A stretch of 64,000 nt of DNA, from contig JAFGJK010000142.1 of assembly GCA_016929135.1 (NCBI GenBank), forward strand, positions 2,059 to 66,058, in the 5' to 3' direction. The DNA is from Spirochaetota bacterium (GTDB lineage: Bacteria; Spirochaetota; UBA4802; UBA5550). The translations under genes were made by a program, and so were the position numbers. Under the pieces are notes generated by a model. That model ran no database searches. It had not been told where the DNA came from and saw only the letters and a program-made list of their open reading frames with translations. Below are positions 28,405-36,035 of the stretch, one piece after another (position 1 is the first letter of the stretch; each line of letters opens with the position of its first letter).

Positions 28405-28872
28405 ATGTCTCTACGGAATGTGAAAGTGGCGATCGACTGCGATGATGCGGCGCGGGAGCTGAAGGGGATCATCGTCGGCTACCTGAAGGAACAGGGGGTG
28501 GATGTCACCGACCTTGACTATCAGGGGGAGGGGGATGCCCTTTACCCGGAGATCGGGTACCACCTTGCGGAACAGATCAGGAACAGGCGCTTCGACAGGG
28601 GGATACTGCTCTGCGGCACCGGGCTGGGTATGGCGATGATCGCCAACAAGGTGGAGGGGGTGTTTGCCGGGACCTGCCATGACGTCTTCTCGGCGGAGCG
28701 GCTGAAGAAGAGCAACGACGCCAACGTGCTGACCATGGGGTCCCGTGTCATAGGCCCGGAGCTGGCGAAGATGATCGTCAAGGCCTGGCTCGATTCCGAT
28801 TTCCAGGGCGGGGGATCGCAACCCAAGGTCGAGCAGATGCGGGCGCTGGAGCGCAAGTCGTTTCACGGATAA
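28405..28872 (+). CDS. RpiB/LacA/LacB-family sugar-phosphate isomerase
   Basis: VAIDCDDAA..., ILLCGTGLGMAMIANK with the catalytic Cys region, and NVLTMGSRVIG. Confidence 0.85.
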   Translation: MSLRNVKVAIDCDDAARELKGIIVGYLKEQGVDVTDLDYQGEGDALYPEIGYHLAEQIRNRRFDRGILLCGTGLGMAMIANKVEGVFAGTCHDVFSAERLKKSNDANVLTMGSRVIGPELAKMIVKAWLDSDFQGGGSQPKVEQMRALERKSFHG

Positions 28873-28888
28873 CAGGGAGGATTACGCT

Positions 28889-29881
28889 ATGCAGAGGATA
28901 TTCAACAGACCGGAAGATATGGTGAACGAAATGATCGAGGGATTCGTGAGGGCCCATTCCAATCTCGTGGCGAGGACGGCCAATCCGCGGGTGCTGAAGT
29001 ACCGGCAGGCGCCGGTGAAGGGGAAGGTGGGAGTTGTCACCGGCGGCGGGAGCGGGCACAAGCCCGCCTTTATCGGCTACATCGGCCGCAACATGGTGGA
29101 CGCGGTCGCGGTGGGTGAGATATTCACGTCTCCCCCGGCACAGATGTTTTACGATGCCTTCAGGGCAGCCGACGGCGGCAGCGGCGTCGCCTGCCTCTAC
29201 GGGAACTATGCCGGCGACAACATGAATGTCAAGATGGCGGTGGAAATGGCGGCGGAGGACGGAATCGAGGTGAAAACCGTGGTGGCCAACGACGATGTCC
29301 CGTCGGCGCCCAAGGAGCGGCGCGATAGGCGCCGCGGTGTCGCGGGCGAGGTGCTCATGTGGAAGGTCGGCGGGGCCAGGGCCGCCATGGGAGGGAGTCT
29401 CGGGGAGGTGATCGCGGAGGCACAGCGGGCCATCGACAACACCCGCAGCATCGGCATCGGGCTCCATCCCTGCACGATCCCGGAGGTCGGTCACGCCAAC
29501 TTCTCCATCGAAGCAGGGACAATGGAGGTGGGCATCGGCCACCACGGCGAGCCGGGCATCGAGGTGGTCCCGCTCGAAACAGCCGGGGCCATGGCGCGGC
29601 GAATGACCGATATCATACTCCCCGATCTCCCCTTCGGTCGGGGCGACGAGGCGGTGGTCCTGGTCTCGGGACTGGGGGGAACACCGCTCATGGAGCAGTA
29701 TATCCTTTATTTCGAGGTGGAGAAGATTCTGGAGGAGAAGGGGTTGTCGATTCATCGTTCCTACGTGGGGAATTACTTCAGCTCCCTGGACATGGGTGGT
29801 GTCACCCTCACTGTCATGCGGCTCGATGCGGGATTGAAGGAATGCATCGACCATGAGGCGGACTCAACGGGATTGAGGTAG
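28889..29881 (+). CDS. dhaK: Dihydroxyacetone kinase, DhaK (substrate-binding) subunit
   Basis: FNRPEDMVNEMIEGF, GGGSGHKPAFIGYIG and MEVGIGHHGEPG. Confidence 0.9.
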   Translation: MQRIFNRPEDMVNEMIEGFVRAHSNLVARTANPRVLKYRQAPVKGKVGVVTGGGSGHKPAFIGYIGRNMVDAVAVGEIFTSPPAQMFYDAFRAADGGSGVACLYGNYAGDNMNVKMAVEMAAEDGIEVKTVVANDDVPSAPKERRDRRRGVAGEVLMWKVGGARAAMGGSLGEVIAEAQRAIDNTRSIGIGLHPCTIPEVGHANFSIEAGTMEVGIGHHGEPGIEVVPLETAGAMARRMTDIILPDLPFGRGDEAVVLVSGLGGTPLMEQYILYFEVEKILEEKGLSIHRSYVGNYFSSLDMGGVTLTVMRLDAGLKECIDHEADSTGLR

Positions 29882-29904
29882 ATTTCAGGAAGGGAGGGCA
29901 GGTG

Positions 29905-30570
29905 ATGACGGCGATTACCAACGAGCAGGGGGCTTCCATACTCTTCGATCTCATCAAGGCGATCCAGGATCACAAGCAGTACCTCAGCGACATCGACGGC
30001 GCCATCGGGGATGGCGATCACGGCATCAATATGAACAAGGGGTTCACCATCTGCAAGGAGAGGCTCGGAAAGGCTCCGGAAAGCCTCGCCCACGGTTTCA
30101 TGATCCTAGCGGGGGTGCTCATGACGGAAATCGGCGGATCCCTGGGGCCTCTGTACGGCACTCTCTTTCGCTCCATGGCCAGGGAAATCGAAAATGTCAA
30201 AGACATTGATAAGATTGCCTTCGGCAGGATGATGCAGTGCGGTAAGGAAAAGCTCGCCGCACTCAGCGAGGCGAGACAAGGGGATAAGACGATCATGGAC
30301 GTCATCATTCCCGCAGAGAGGGCGTACCGGGAAGCAGTGGAAGAAGATAAATCATTTGCCCAATGCCTGGAGGCAATGGCGAGGGCAGCCCGGGAGGGGA
30401 GGGATGCGACGCGGGACATGGCGGCGGCATACGGCCGGGCGAGCCGGCTGGGCGAACGGTCCAGGGGGGTGATAGACGCGGGAGCAGCATCGTGCTGCCT
30501 GATTCTAGAGACCATGGCGCGGTCGATCAATGAAAAGCTGACCTCTCTCGCGGCCGGATCAAACAGCTGA
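29905..30570 (+). CDS. dhaL: Dihydroxyacetone kinase, DhaL (nucleotide-binding) subunit
   Basis: DGAIGDGDHGINMNKG, GGSLGPLYGTLF, GDKTIMDV, and GRASRLGERSRGVIDAGA. Confidence 0.9.
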   Translation: MTAITNEQGASILFDLIKAIQDHKQYLSDIDGAIGDGDHGINMNKGFTICKERLGKAPESLAHGFMILAGVLMTEIGGSLGPLYGTLFRSMAREIENVKDIDKIAFGRMMQCGKEKLAALSEARQGDKTIMDVIIPAERAYREAVEEDKSFAQCLEAMARAAREGRDATRDMAAAYGRASRLGERSRGVIDAGAASCCLILETMARSINEKLTSLAAGSNS

Positions 30571-30624
30571 GTGGTGTATGATATCATCATCAATTATAAG
30601 GAAGAATACTATCTGGAGAACAGG

Positions 30625-31290
30625 ATGAAATACTTTCTGGACAGCGCAAAAATCGACGAGATCCGTTACGCCAGGACCCACTGGGGGATTGACGGCGTGA
30701 CCACGAATCCGAGGCACATACTGGAATCGGGAAAACCCTTCAACGCCGTGTTGCGCGAGCTCGCGTCGGAATTCAATGGGGTGGTATTCCCTGTTTCGGT
30801 GGAGATCAATCCCTACCTCGAGGGATGGGAGGAAATGGAGACGGAGGCCATGAGGATCGCCCCACTGTCGGAGAATTTCGTCATCAAACTGCCCTGCACC
30901 GAGCAGGGGTTAATTGCGGCAAGGAGTCTCACTGAAAAGGGTGTGCGCACGAACATCACCCTCGTCTTCAGCCCTTCGCAGGCGCTCGCCGCAGCCCGCA
31001 CCGGATCGGAATTCGTGTCCCCCTTCGTCGGATGGAAGGAATCGAACGGTGAGGAATGCGGCAGGTTCATCAGTGATGTCGCAGCGATGTACCGAAATTA
31101 CGGATACCGGAGTCAAATCATCGTGGCGGCGCTGCGGAACGGCAGACAGATCGTCGAGGCGGCGACTGCGGGGGCGCATGTCGTCACTGCCGGCATACAG
31201 GTATACAAGGACAGCTACTATCACCCCTTCACCGATTACGGTTTGAAGCGCTTCAAGGATGCCTGGGACAAGACCGAAAGGGGAGAGTAA
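30625..31290 (+). CDS. Fructose-6-phosphate aldolase / short transaldolase family (Fsa/TalC-like)
   Basis: MKYFLDSAKIDEI...GVTTNP, IKLPCT (Schiff-base Lys region), and NITLVFS..QAL.AA..G...VSPFVGW. Confidence 0.85.
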   Translation: MKYFLDSAKIDEIRYARTHWGIDGVTTNPRHILESGKPFNAVLRELASEFNGVVFPVSVEINPYLEGWEEMETEAMRIAPLSENFVIKLPCTEQGLIAARSLTEKGVRTNITLVFSPSQALAAARTGSEFVSPFVGWKESNGEECGRFISDVAAMYRNYGYRSQIIVAALRNGRQIVEAATAGAHVVTAGIQVYKDSYYHPFTDYGLKRFKDAWDKTERGE

Positions 31291-31506
31291 TGGCCGGCTG
31301 ACATTGTCGAGGGTACATCCACATGGAATGATGCAGGAAGATTGTGTCTGCTTCGCGGTGACCACATCCGTGACGCATTGCTTCATCCGATTCGATTACA
31401 TGCGCTCCAGGAGTGTGCAGCCAAGGGTGAAGGCCCCGTTCCGGGTGTCCGCAACGCGAAAAGATGAACTCTGCGGGTGATAATAACGGTGAAATTGAAA
31501 TTTTGT

Positions 31507-31535
31507 TTGACTGTACCTTTTCATACTGGTATGAT
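31507..31535 (+). promoter_or_regulatory. Sigma70-like promoter upstream of AraC4
   Basis: TTGACT (31507-31512), a 17-nt spacer, then TATGAT (31530-31535). Related AGTATTGACT boxes precede AraC2 (near 14545) and AraC3 (near 19258). Confidence 0.55.
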
Positions 31536-31633
31536 CGAGAGCCTCGTTTCACAGGCGTAACTATTGTTTATGGGATGACGATGGATTTGATATACCTGTT
31601 CAAGATCGCCATCGGTAGTGGAGCGCTCGAGCG

Positions 31634-32692
31634 ATGAACATTTTACGGCTGCTGTTTCTCGCGGGGGCGATTCAGGGCTTCTTTACCTTCCTGGCGCTCT
31701 TTTCCTTCGGGAGGACCCATAAAAAGGCGAACTACTACCTCTCCTTTACAGTATTGACTCTTACGATCAACATGATCACCGACTTTCTGTTTCACGGCAA
31801 CGAGCCATTCAGCTACCCGAGCCATTCGAACCTTCACTCACTTCTGGCATTCACCTACGGTCCCCTCATCTACCTCTATGTCCGGGATCTCACGGGATTC
31901 CCGTCGCCCGGTGTGCGCAGGATACTCTGGTATTTCTCCCCCTTTTTCATTGCGCTTGTCTATATGGCCCTTTGTTATTACCCACGGATAAACCGGATAC
32001 TCTATCCGTACTTCTTCATACTTGAGATTCTCGCCATGCTGAACGTGCTCTGCTTCATCGGATTCTCCATCCGGTACCTCTTCTTGCACGAGCGGGCGAT
32101 CGAGAGTTCCTATTCGAACTTGGAGAAGGTGAGCCTGATATGGTTGCGTCTCATTATTTATTCCATGGCGATTATCATCAGTGCGGCGGTGGTTCTCTAT
32201 TTCTACAGGCCCTACTTCGACGTCATATGGCTCCTTGTGGCGATTCTCATCTACATCATGAGTTATTTCACCATCCGGAGACCCGGGGTGCTGTCGGGTT
32301 TACTAGAAGGGGGGAAGATGGGGAAATACCAGAAGTCATCCCTCAGTACAGAGATGCTTCAGCGGAACAAGAAGGCAATCGAACGATGCATGGAGGAGGA
32401 GAAGGTGTACCTGGACAATGAGATTACGCTGCCGGTGCTGGCGGAGAAGACGTCGATCCCGATGCATCATCTCTCCCAGATCATTAACCAGGTGTACGGT
32501 AAGAATTTTTACGAGTTCATCAGCCATTATAGGATAATGGCCGCCAAGGAGATGATGCTCTCTCCGGAGTACGATGAGCAGAAGATCATCGATATCTGTT
32601 TCCGCGTCGGATTCAACACCATATCGGCATTCAACAAATCATTCAAGAAGATCACAGGGCTTACGCCTACTGAATATAGGAATAGAAAATAA
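31634..32692 (+). CDS. 7-TM membrane-integrated AraC-family regulator (AraC4)
   Basis: The N-terminus LFLAGAIQGFFTFLALFSFGRTHKKANYYL is close to AraC3. The C-terminal AraC HTH reads IPMHHLSQIINQVYGKNFYEFISHYRIMAAKEM...GFNTISAFNKSFKKITGLTPTEYR. Confidence 0.9.
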   Translation: MNILRLLFLAGAIQGFFTFLALFSFGRTHKKANYYLSFTVLTLTINMITDFLFHGNEPFSYPSHSNLHSLLAFTYGPLIYLYVRDLTGFPSPGVRRILWYFSPFFIALVYMALCYYPRINRILYPYFFILEILAMLNVLCFIGFSIRYLFLHERAIESSYSNLEKVSLIWLRLIIYSMAIIISAAVVLYFYRPYFDVIWLLVAILIYIMSYFTIRRPGVLSGLLEGGKMGKYQKSSLSTEMLQRNKKAIERCMEEEKVYLDNEITLPVLAEKTSIPMHHLSQIINQVYGKNFYEFISHYRIMAAKEMMLSPEYDEQKIIDICFRVGFNTISAFNKSFKKITGLTPTEYRNRK

Positions 32693-32698
32693 TAAAGC

Positions 32699-32989
32699 TG
32701 AATGAAAGCTGATATTCCGCGCCCTGCATTCCTCCTCGGTAATACTGATACGTCTCATGGCGGTATACAGCGAACGCGTGAAGATCTTCGGTTCCGCCGG
32801 TTTCCCGGGAGTTTTTTCGCTGAAAAAAACAAAGCCTTCCGGATTGTCCGGTTCAGGATTCAGGCCGATCAATCGCTGCACTGCCTGTTGAACCATTGAT
32901 GGGATAAGAATAGTCCTGCTTCTGCCGGTTTTCGTCGTCTCATTCAGGCCAAATTTCCTGTCTCGGGACCTTCGAACATGAACACATCC
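32699..32989 (-). pseudogene. Remnant of a tyrosine recombinase/phage integrase (central fragment only)
   Basis: The minus-strand frame reads ...LNETTKTGRSRTILIPSMVQQAVQRL...EGFVFFSEKTPGKP...SLYTAMRRISI...ISFHS. This is the typical TKTG-R-R-x-IPL block and the approach to the H-x-LRH box. There is an in-frame stop upstream (32990-32992). Similarity is lost within about 10 nt of the AraC4 stop codon. Confidence 0.65.
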
Positions 32990-33056
32990 TTACGGGCTCT
33001 GCGGTGCTATCACGAAAATCCCGTAAATTTATGAAAACGCCGGCTGCCCGGGATTA

Positions 33057-33097
33057 ATAAAAAAGAGGGGGCCGTTTCTCAGGTGAAACGGCCCCCT
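33057..33097 (-). terminator. Intrinsic terminator of tRNA-Val
   Basis: On the minus strand: AGGGGGCCGTTTC-ACCTGA-GAAACGGCCCCCT (13-bp stem) followed by CTTTTTT. Confidence 0.85.
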
Positions 33098-33103
33098 TTC
33101 CTG

Positions 33104-33177
33104 TGGGCGATATTGGATTCGAACCAACGACCTCCTGCATGTGAGGCAGGCGCTCTAACCGACTGAGCCAATCGCCC
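33104..33177 (-). tRNA. tRNA-Val (anticodon CAC)
   Basis: The reverse complement GGGCGATTGGCTCAGTCGGTTAGAGCGCCTGCCTCACATGCAGGAGGTCGTTGGTTCGAATCCAATATCGCCCA folds as a 74-nt cloverleaf. It has a 7-bp acceptor stem, a CTCACAT anticodon loop and a GTTCGAATC T-loop. No CCA is encoded. Confidence 0.95.
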
Positions 33178-33188
33178 GTATGGAATGA

Positions 33189-33217
33189 TATCTATAAAAC
33201 CGGCCTGTAGCTGTCAA
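33189..33217 (-). promoter_or_regulatory. Candidate sigma70 promoter for tRNA-Val
   Basis: On the minus strand: TTGACA (33217-33212), a 15-17-nt spacer, then TATAGA/TAGATA. It ends about 10 nt upstream of the tRNA 5' end. Confidence 0.45.
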
Positions 33218-33358
33218 GCAGAAAGTTCAGAAACAGATAAAGAGTTGCATATTTTGCCGATCGGTGATATGGTATGAAAAAAGGTTAGGGGTCTTTGGGC
33301 ATACATTCACGCAGATAAACAGAGAATATACAAATACTGCACAATCAGGGGGGATGTG

Positions 33359-34273
33359 ATGAAAAAGATCGTACTTCTCTGTGTCACCGTGTTCATTTTA
33401 CTGGCATCTCTATCCATGGCACGGGCCGTTACCCTGAGCGTGGGGGGGAACCTCTGGTACAACTGGTGGATCCCGGCCTTCAAGGAGGGGAAGCTGGAAT
33501 CCATGGTATATGCCCCATCGGTGCCGTACCTGGCCTACCGGTTTTCCGACAGCAGGGACATCGGCTCCACCTCAACCGTCACCGGCGGTCCGGCCCTCTC
33601 GGTCAGGATCGACCGGTTCTCCCTCTCCACGGTGCTGGTCTACGCCAATTACAGGGTCAGGAACAACGGACTCACGAGGAGCCGCAATTATATTCTGTAC
33701 CCTGCATTGCCCGCCTCTGCCGCAGCGGCATATGTCGAATCATACCTCAGTATCAGGCGATGGGACAGCGATACCACCCTGAGCTATTCCCTCACCCCCG
33801 TGATGTCCCTGCTCCTGGGGCTGAAGGTCCAGAGCTACAGCCTGAAGAGCAGGACCGCCGACCTGGTTTCGGGTATCGTCAAGGCGTCCGATGACTTCAT
33901 CACCGTCGGTCCCGGTCTCGGTCTCGGCCTCACCATACCCCTGGTGTCCGACCTCTTCCTGATCTGCAACACTACCGTTTTCCTCCTCTGGAGCAGGCAG
34001 GAGGCATCGAAGAACATAATGGTGCCGTCGGGGGTCGTCATTTACTTTGACGACGGCAGCTACTTCGGCCTGGGAACCACCGTCATGGTTGCCGGTGCCT
34101 ACGTCCTCTCCTCGGTCAACACCACCCTGGCCCTGGGACTGCGTTACCAGCTGCTCTGGTACCGCAGTCTGGACGACCGTTCCGGCACCGTGAACGTCGA
34201 CCGGAAGATGGATCACAACTGTGGCATCACCTTATCGGCGATCTACACCTTCGATTTTTCAAATGATGATTGA
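33359..34273 (+). CDS. Secreted hypothetical protein, probable outer-membrane beta-barrel
   Basis: Signal peptide MKKIVLLCVTVFILLASLSMARA, alternating hydrophobic beta-strand pattern, aromatic-rich C-terminal strand (LSAIYTFDF). Confidence 0.6.
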   Translation: MKKIVLLCVTVFILLASLSMARAVTLSVGGNLWYNWWIPAFKEGKLESMVYAPSVPYLAYRFSDSRDIGSTSTVTGGPALSVRIDRFSLSTVLVYANYRVRNNGLTRSRNYILYPALPASAAAAYVESYLSIRRWDSDTTLSYSLTPVMSLLLGLKVQSYSLKSRTADLVSGIVKASDDFITVGPGLGLGLTIPLVSDLFLICNTTVFLLWSRQEASKNIMVPSGVVIYFDDGSYFGLGTTVMVAGAYVLSSVNTTLALGLRYQLLWYRSLDDRSGTVNVDRKMDHNCGITLSAIYTFDFSNDD

Positions 34274-34331
34274 AAAATAACGGGCGGATGCGATAATTGC
34301 CGGAAATAATCGAACATCGCGGAGGTTTTCA

Positions 34332-34538
34332 ATGAATACGTTTGTGTCCATCGTCCGTGGCATCGGCTACCTGCTGACCGCTGTGGGCGTCCTCAGCCTG
34401 GTGAACACCGCCTTCGGACTGCACCTTCGTTACCGGGGCACGAACCTGCCCAACGATTACGTGGCCGCCGGTGCGCTCCTGGTGATTGGCGTCGTCGTGG
34501 CCGGCATCGGCTACCTCATGGGAAGGAGAAGAGGGTAG
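34332..34538 (+). CDS. Small two-TM membrane protein, hypothetical
   Basis: 68 aa with two hydrophobic helices and a basic C-terminus (MGRRRG). RBS GGAGG lies 8 nt upstream. Confidence 0.55.
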   Translation: MNTFVSIVRGIGYLLTAVGVLSLVNTAFGLHLRYRGTNLPNDYVAAGALLVIGVVVAGIGYLMGRRRG

Positions 34539-34689
34539 GGGGCCGAATGATGCTATATTCGCCGCCGGGCCCTGGGGACTTCTGCACACCGGGCCCGGCC
34601 GCTCCCTTGCCCCCGCCGGCTCCCCTGCCTTTAAAAAAAAACTTGATTAATACCCCCCGGCCGGCTACCCTTTCAGGATACTACCGGCG

Positions 34690-35421
34690 ATGAGGATACT
34701 TCTGTACATACCGTTCCCGGCGCTTCTGCTTGCCCTCCTGTGCCGGATATCCGCTCCCCCCGCGGCGGCGCAGCCGGCGGACATCACCGTGATCTCCTCG
34801 TTCACCACCTCCGTGGCAGAGCAGGACGACAATGTGAAGCGCAACATCCATCTGGCGTGCCTGAAGCTCCAGGGGGTCCAGATCGGCCCCGGGGAGCGCT
34901 TCTCTTTCAACGCCACCGTGGGGGAGGCGGGCGCCGCGCAGGGGTTCGTGGACGGCAGGGTGCTCTACATGGATACCGTGGTTTACGAGGCCGGGGGCGG
35001 CCTCTGCCAGGTGTCATCCACCCTGTACAACGCCATGCTCCTGGCGGGGTTTGCCATCGTCACGCGCCACCGCCACTTCCAGCCGGTGACCTACGTGCCG
35101 CCGGGGCTCGACGCCACCATCAAGTACGGGAAGAAGGACCTGGTGATGAGGAATCCCCATGACATGACGGTGCGCATCGACGCGGCGGTGGAGGGGGGGA
35201 GCCTCGTGGTGAAGCTCCTGGCGCCGCGGCCCCTGGGGTTCCAGTACGACATGGCCCTGGACGAGGAGGAGCTGGAGATCCCCTTCGCCCAGGAGGAGGA
35301 CGGATCGAGGATCAGAAACGGCCTGTCGGTCTACGTCTACCGGATAAAGATGCGGGACAGGAAGGTGCTGGAGCGGCAGCTCCTCTATAAAGACTACTAT
35401 CCCCCGGTGCGTTTCAGATGA
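34690..35421 (+). CDS. VanW-domain protein (secreted)
   Basis: Signal-like N-terminus, GERFSFNATVGE, GGGLCQVSSTLYNAMLLAGF, RHRH..PVTYVPPGLDATI, and DLVMRNP. Confidence 0.8.
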   Translation: MRILLYIPFPALLLALLCRISAPPAAAQPADITVISSFTTSVAEQDDNVKRNIHLACLKLQGVQIGPGERFSFNATVGEAGAAQGFVDGRVLYMDTVVYEAGGGLCQVSSTLYNAMLLAGFAIVTRHRHFQPVTYVPPGLDATIKYGKKDLVMRNPHDMTVRIDAAVEGGSLVVKLLAPRPLGFQYDMALDEEELEIPFAQEEDGSRIRNGLSVYVYRIKMRDRKVLERQLLYKDYYPPVRFR

Positions 35422-36035
35422 GGGGGGCGGTGCGATGCGCGGTCCTGGCCGCTGCCGTGTTCGCGGTGTTGTGCGGTCACGCCGATGTCGGCGATCCCCT
35501 GGAGCGGTGGCGCCGCTTCACCCGCACGCCGGGGGCGTCCGCCCTGCTGGGGTGGATGCGGTGCGCCGCGTCGCGGGAACTCGGGGGGGGGTGCCGCGCG
35601 GGGAGGATCCCGAAAACGCCCCCGGTATTCGGCCGCCTCGGGCTCTTCGTCACCGTGCTGAGGGGGCGGGAGGTCCGGGGATGCTACGGCGCCTTCGACC
35701 ACGGAAGCGGGGACCTCGCGGATCTCCTGCGGGAGTATCTGAAGGGCGCCCTGCGGCACGACGTCAGGCATTCGCCGGTGGAGCTCCAGGAGCTCGAACA
35801 GGTCAGGCTGGTGATCACCATCGCCGGGAGGCCCGAGCAGACGGACGATCTGGACGGGGTCGACCTCTCCACCCGCGGCCTCCTCATCGGCACCGATGAG
35901 GGGGGGGAGATGGTGTTCGTCCCCGCCGAGGTGCGCACCGTCGAACAGATCAGGAGGTCCCTCGGGGACAGGGCCATAACCCAGCTCTCCGCCTTCAGGG
36001 CGGTGACCATCCAGGAGAAGCGAGGTTCGCCATGA
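35418..36035 (+). CDS. AMMECR1-like domain protein with an N-terminal signal peptide
   Basis: GLFVTVLRGREVRGCYGAF matches the AMMECR1 LRGCIG core. It also has D.RHSPVELQELEQVRLVITI and GLLIGTDEGGEMVFVPAEV. The N-terminus AVLAAAVFAVLCGHA is signal-like. There are ATGA overlaps on both sides. Confidence 0.6.
   Translation: MRGAVRCAVLAAAVFAVLCGHADVGDPLERWRRFTRTPGASALLGWMRCAASRELGGGCRAGRIPKTPPVFGRLGLFVTVLRGREVRGCYGAFDHGSGDLADLLREYLKGALRHDVRHSPVELQELEQVRLVITIAGRPEQTDDLDGVDLSTRGLLIGTDEGGEMVFVPAEVRTVEQIRRSLGDRAITQLSAFRAVTIQEKRGSP

Noticed and set aside
34563-34641. A GC-rich hairpin (CCGGGCCC...GGGCCCGG) followed at a distance by an A9 run, lying between the small 2-TM gene and vanW.
   Set aside because: It is not a canonical intrinsic terminator on either strand. 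On the plus strand no T-run follows the stem, and on the minus strand the T-run precedes the stem. It is noted only as a possible structured or UP-like region.
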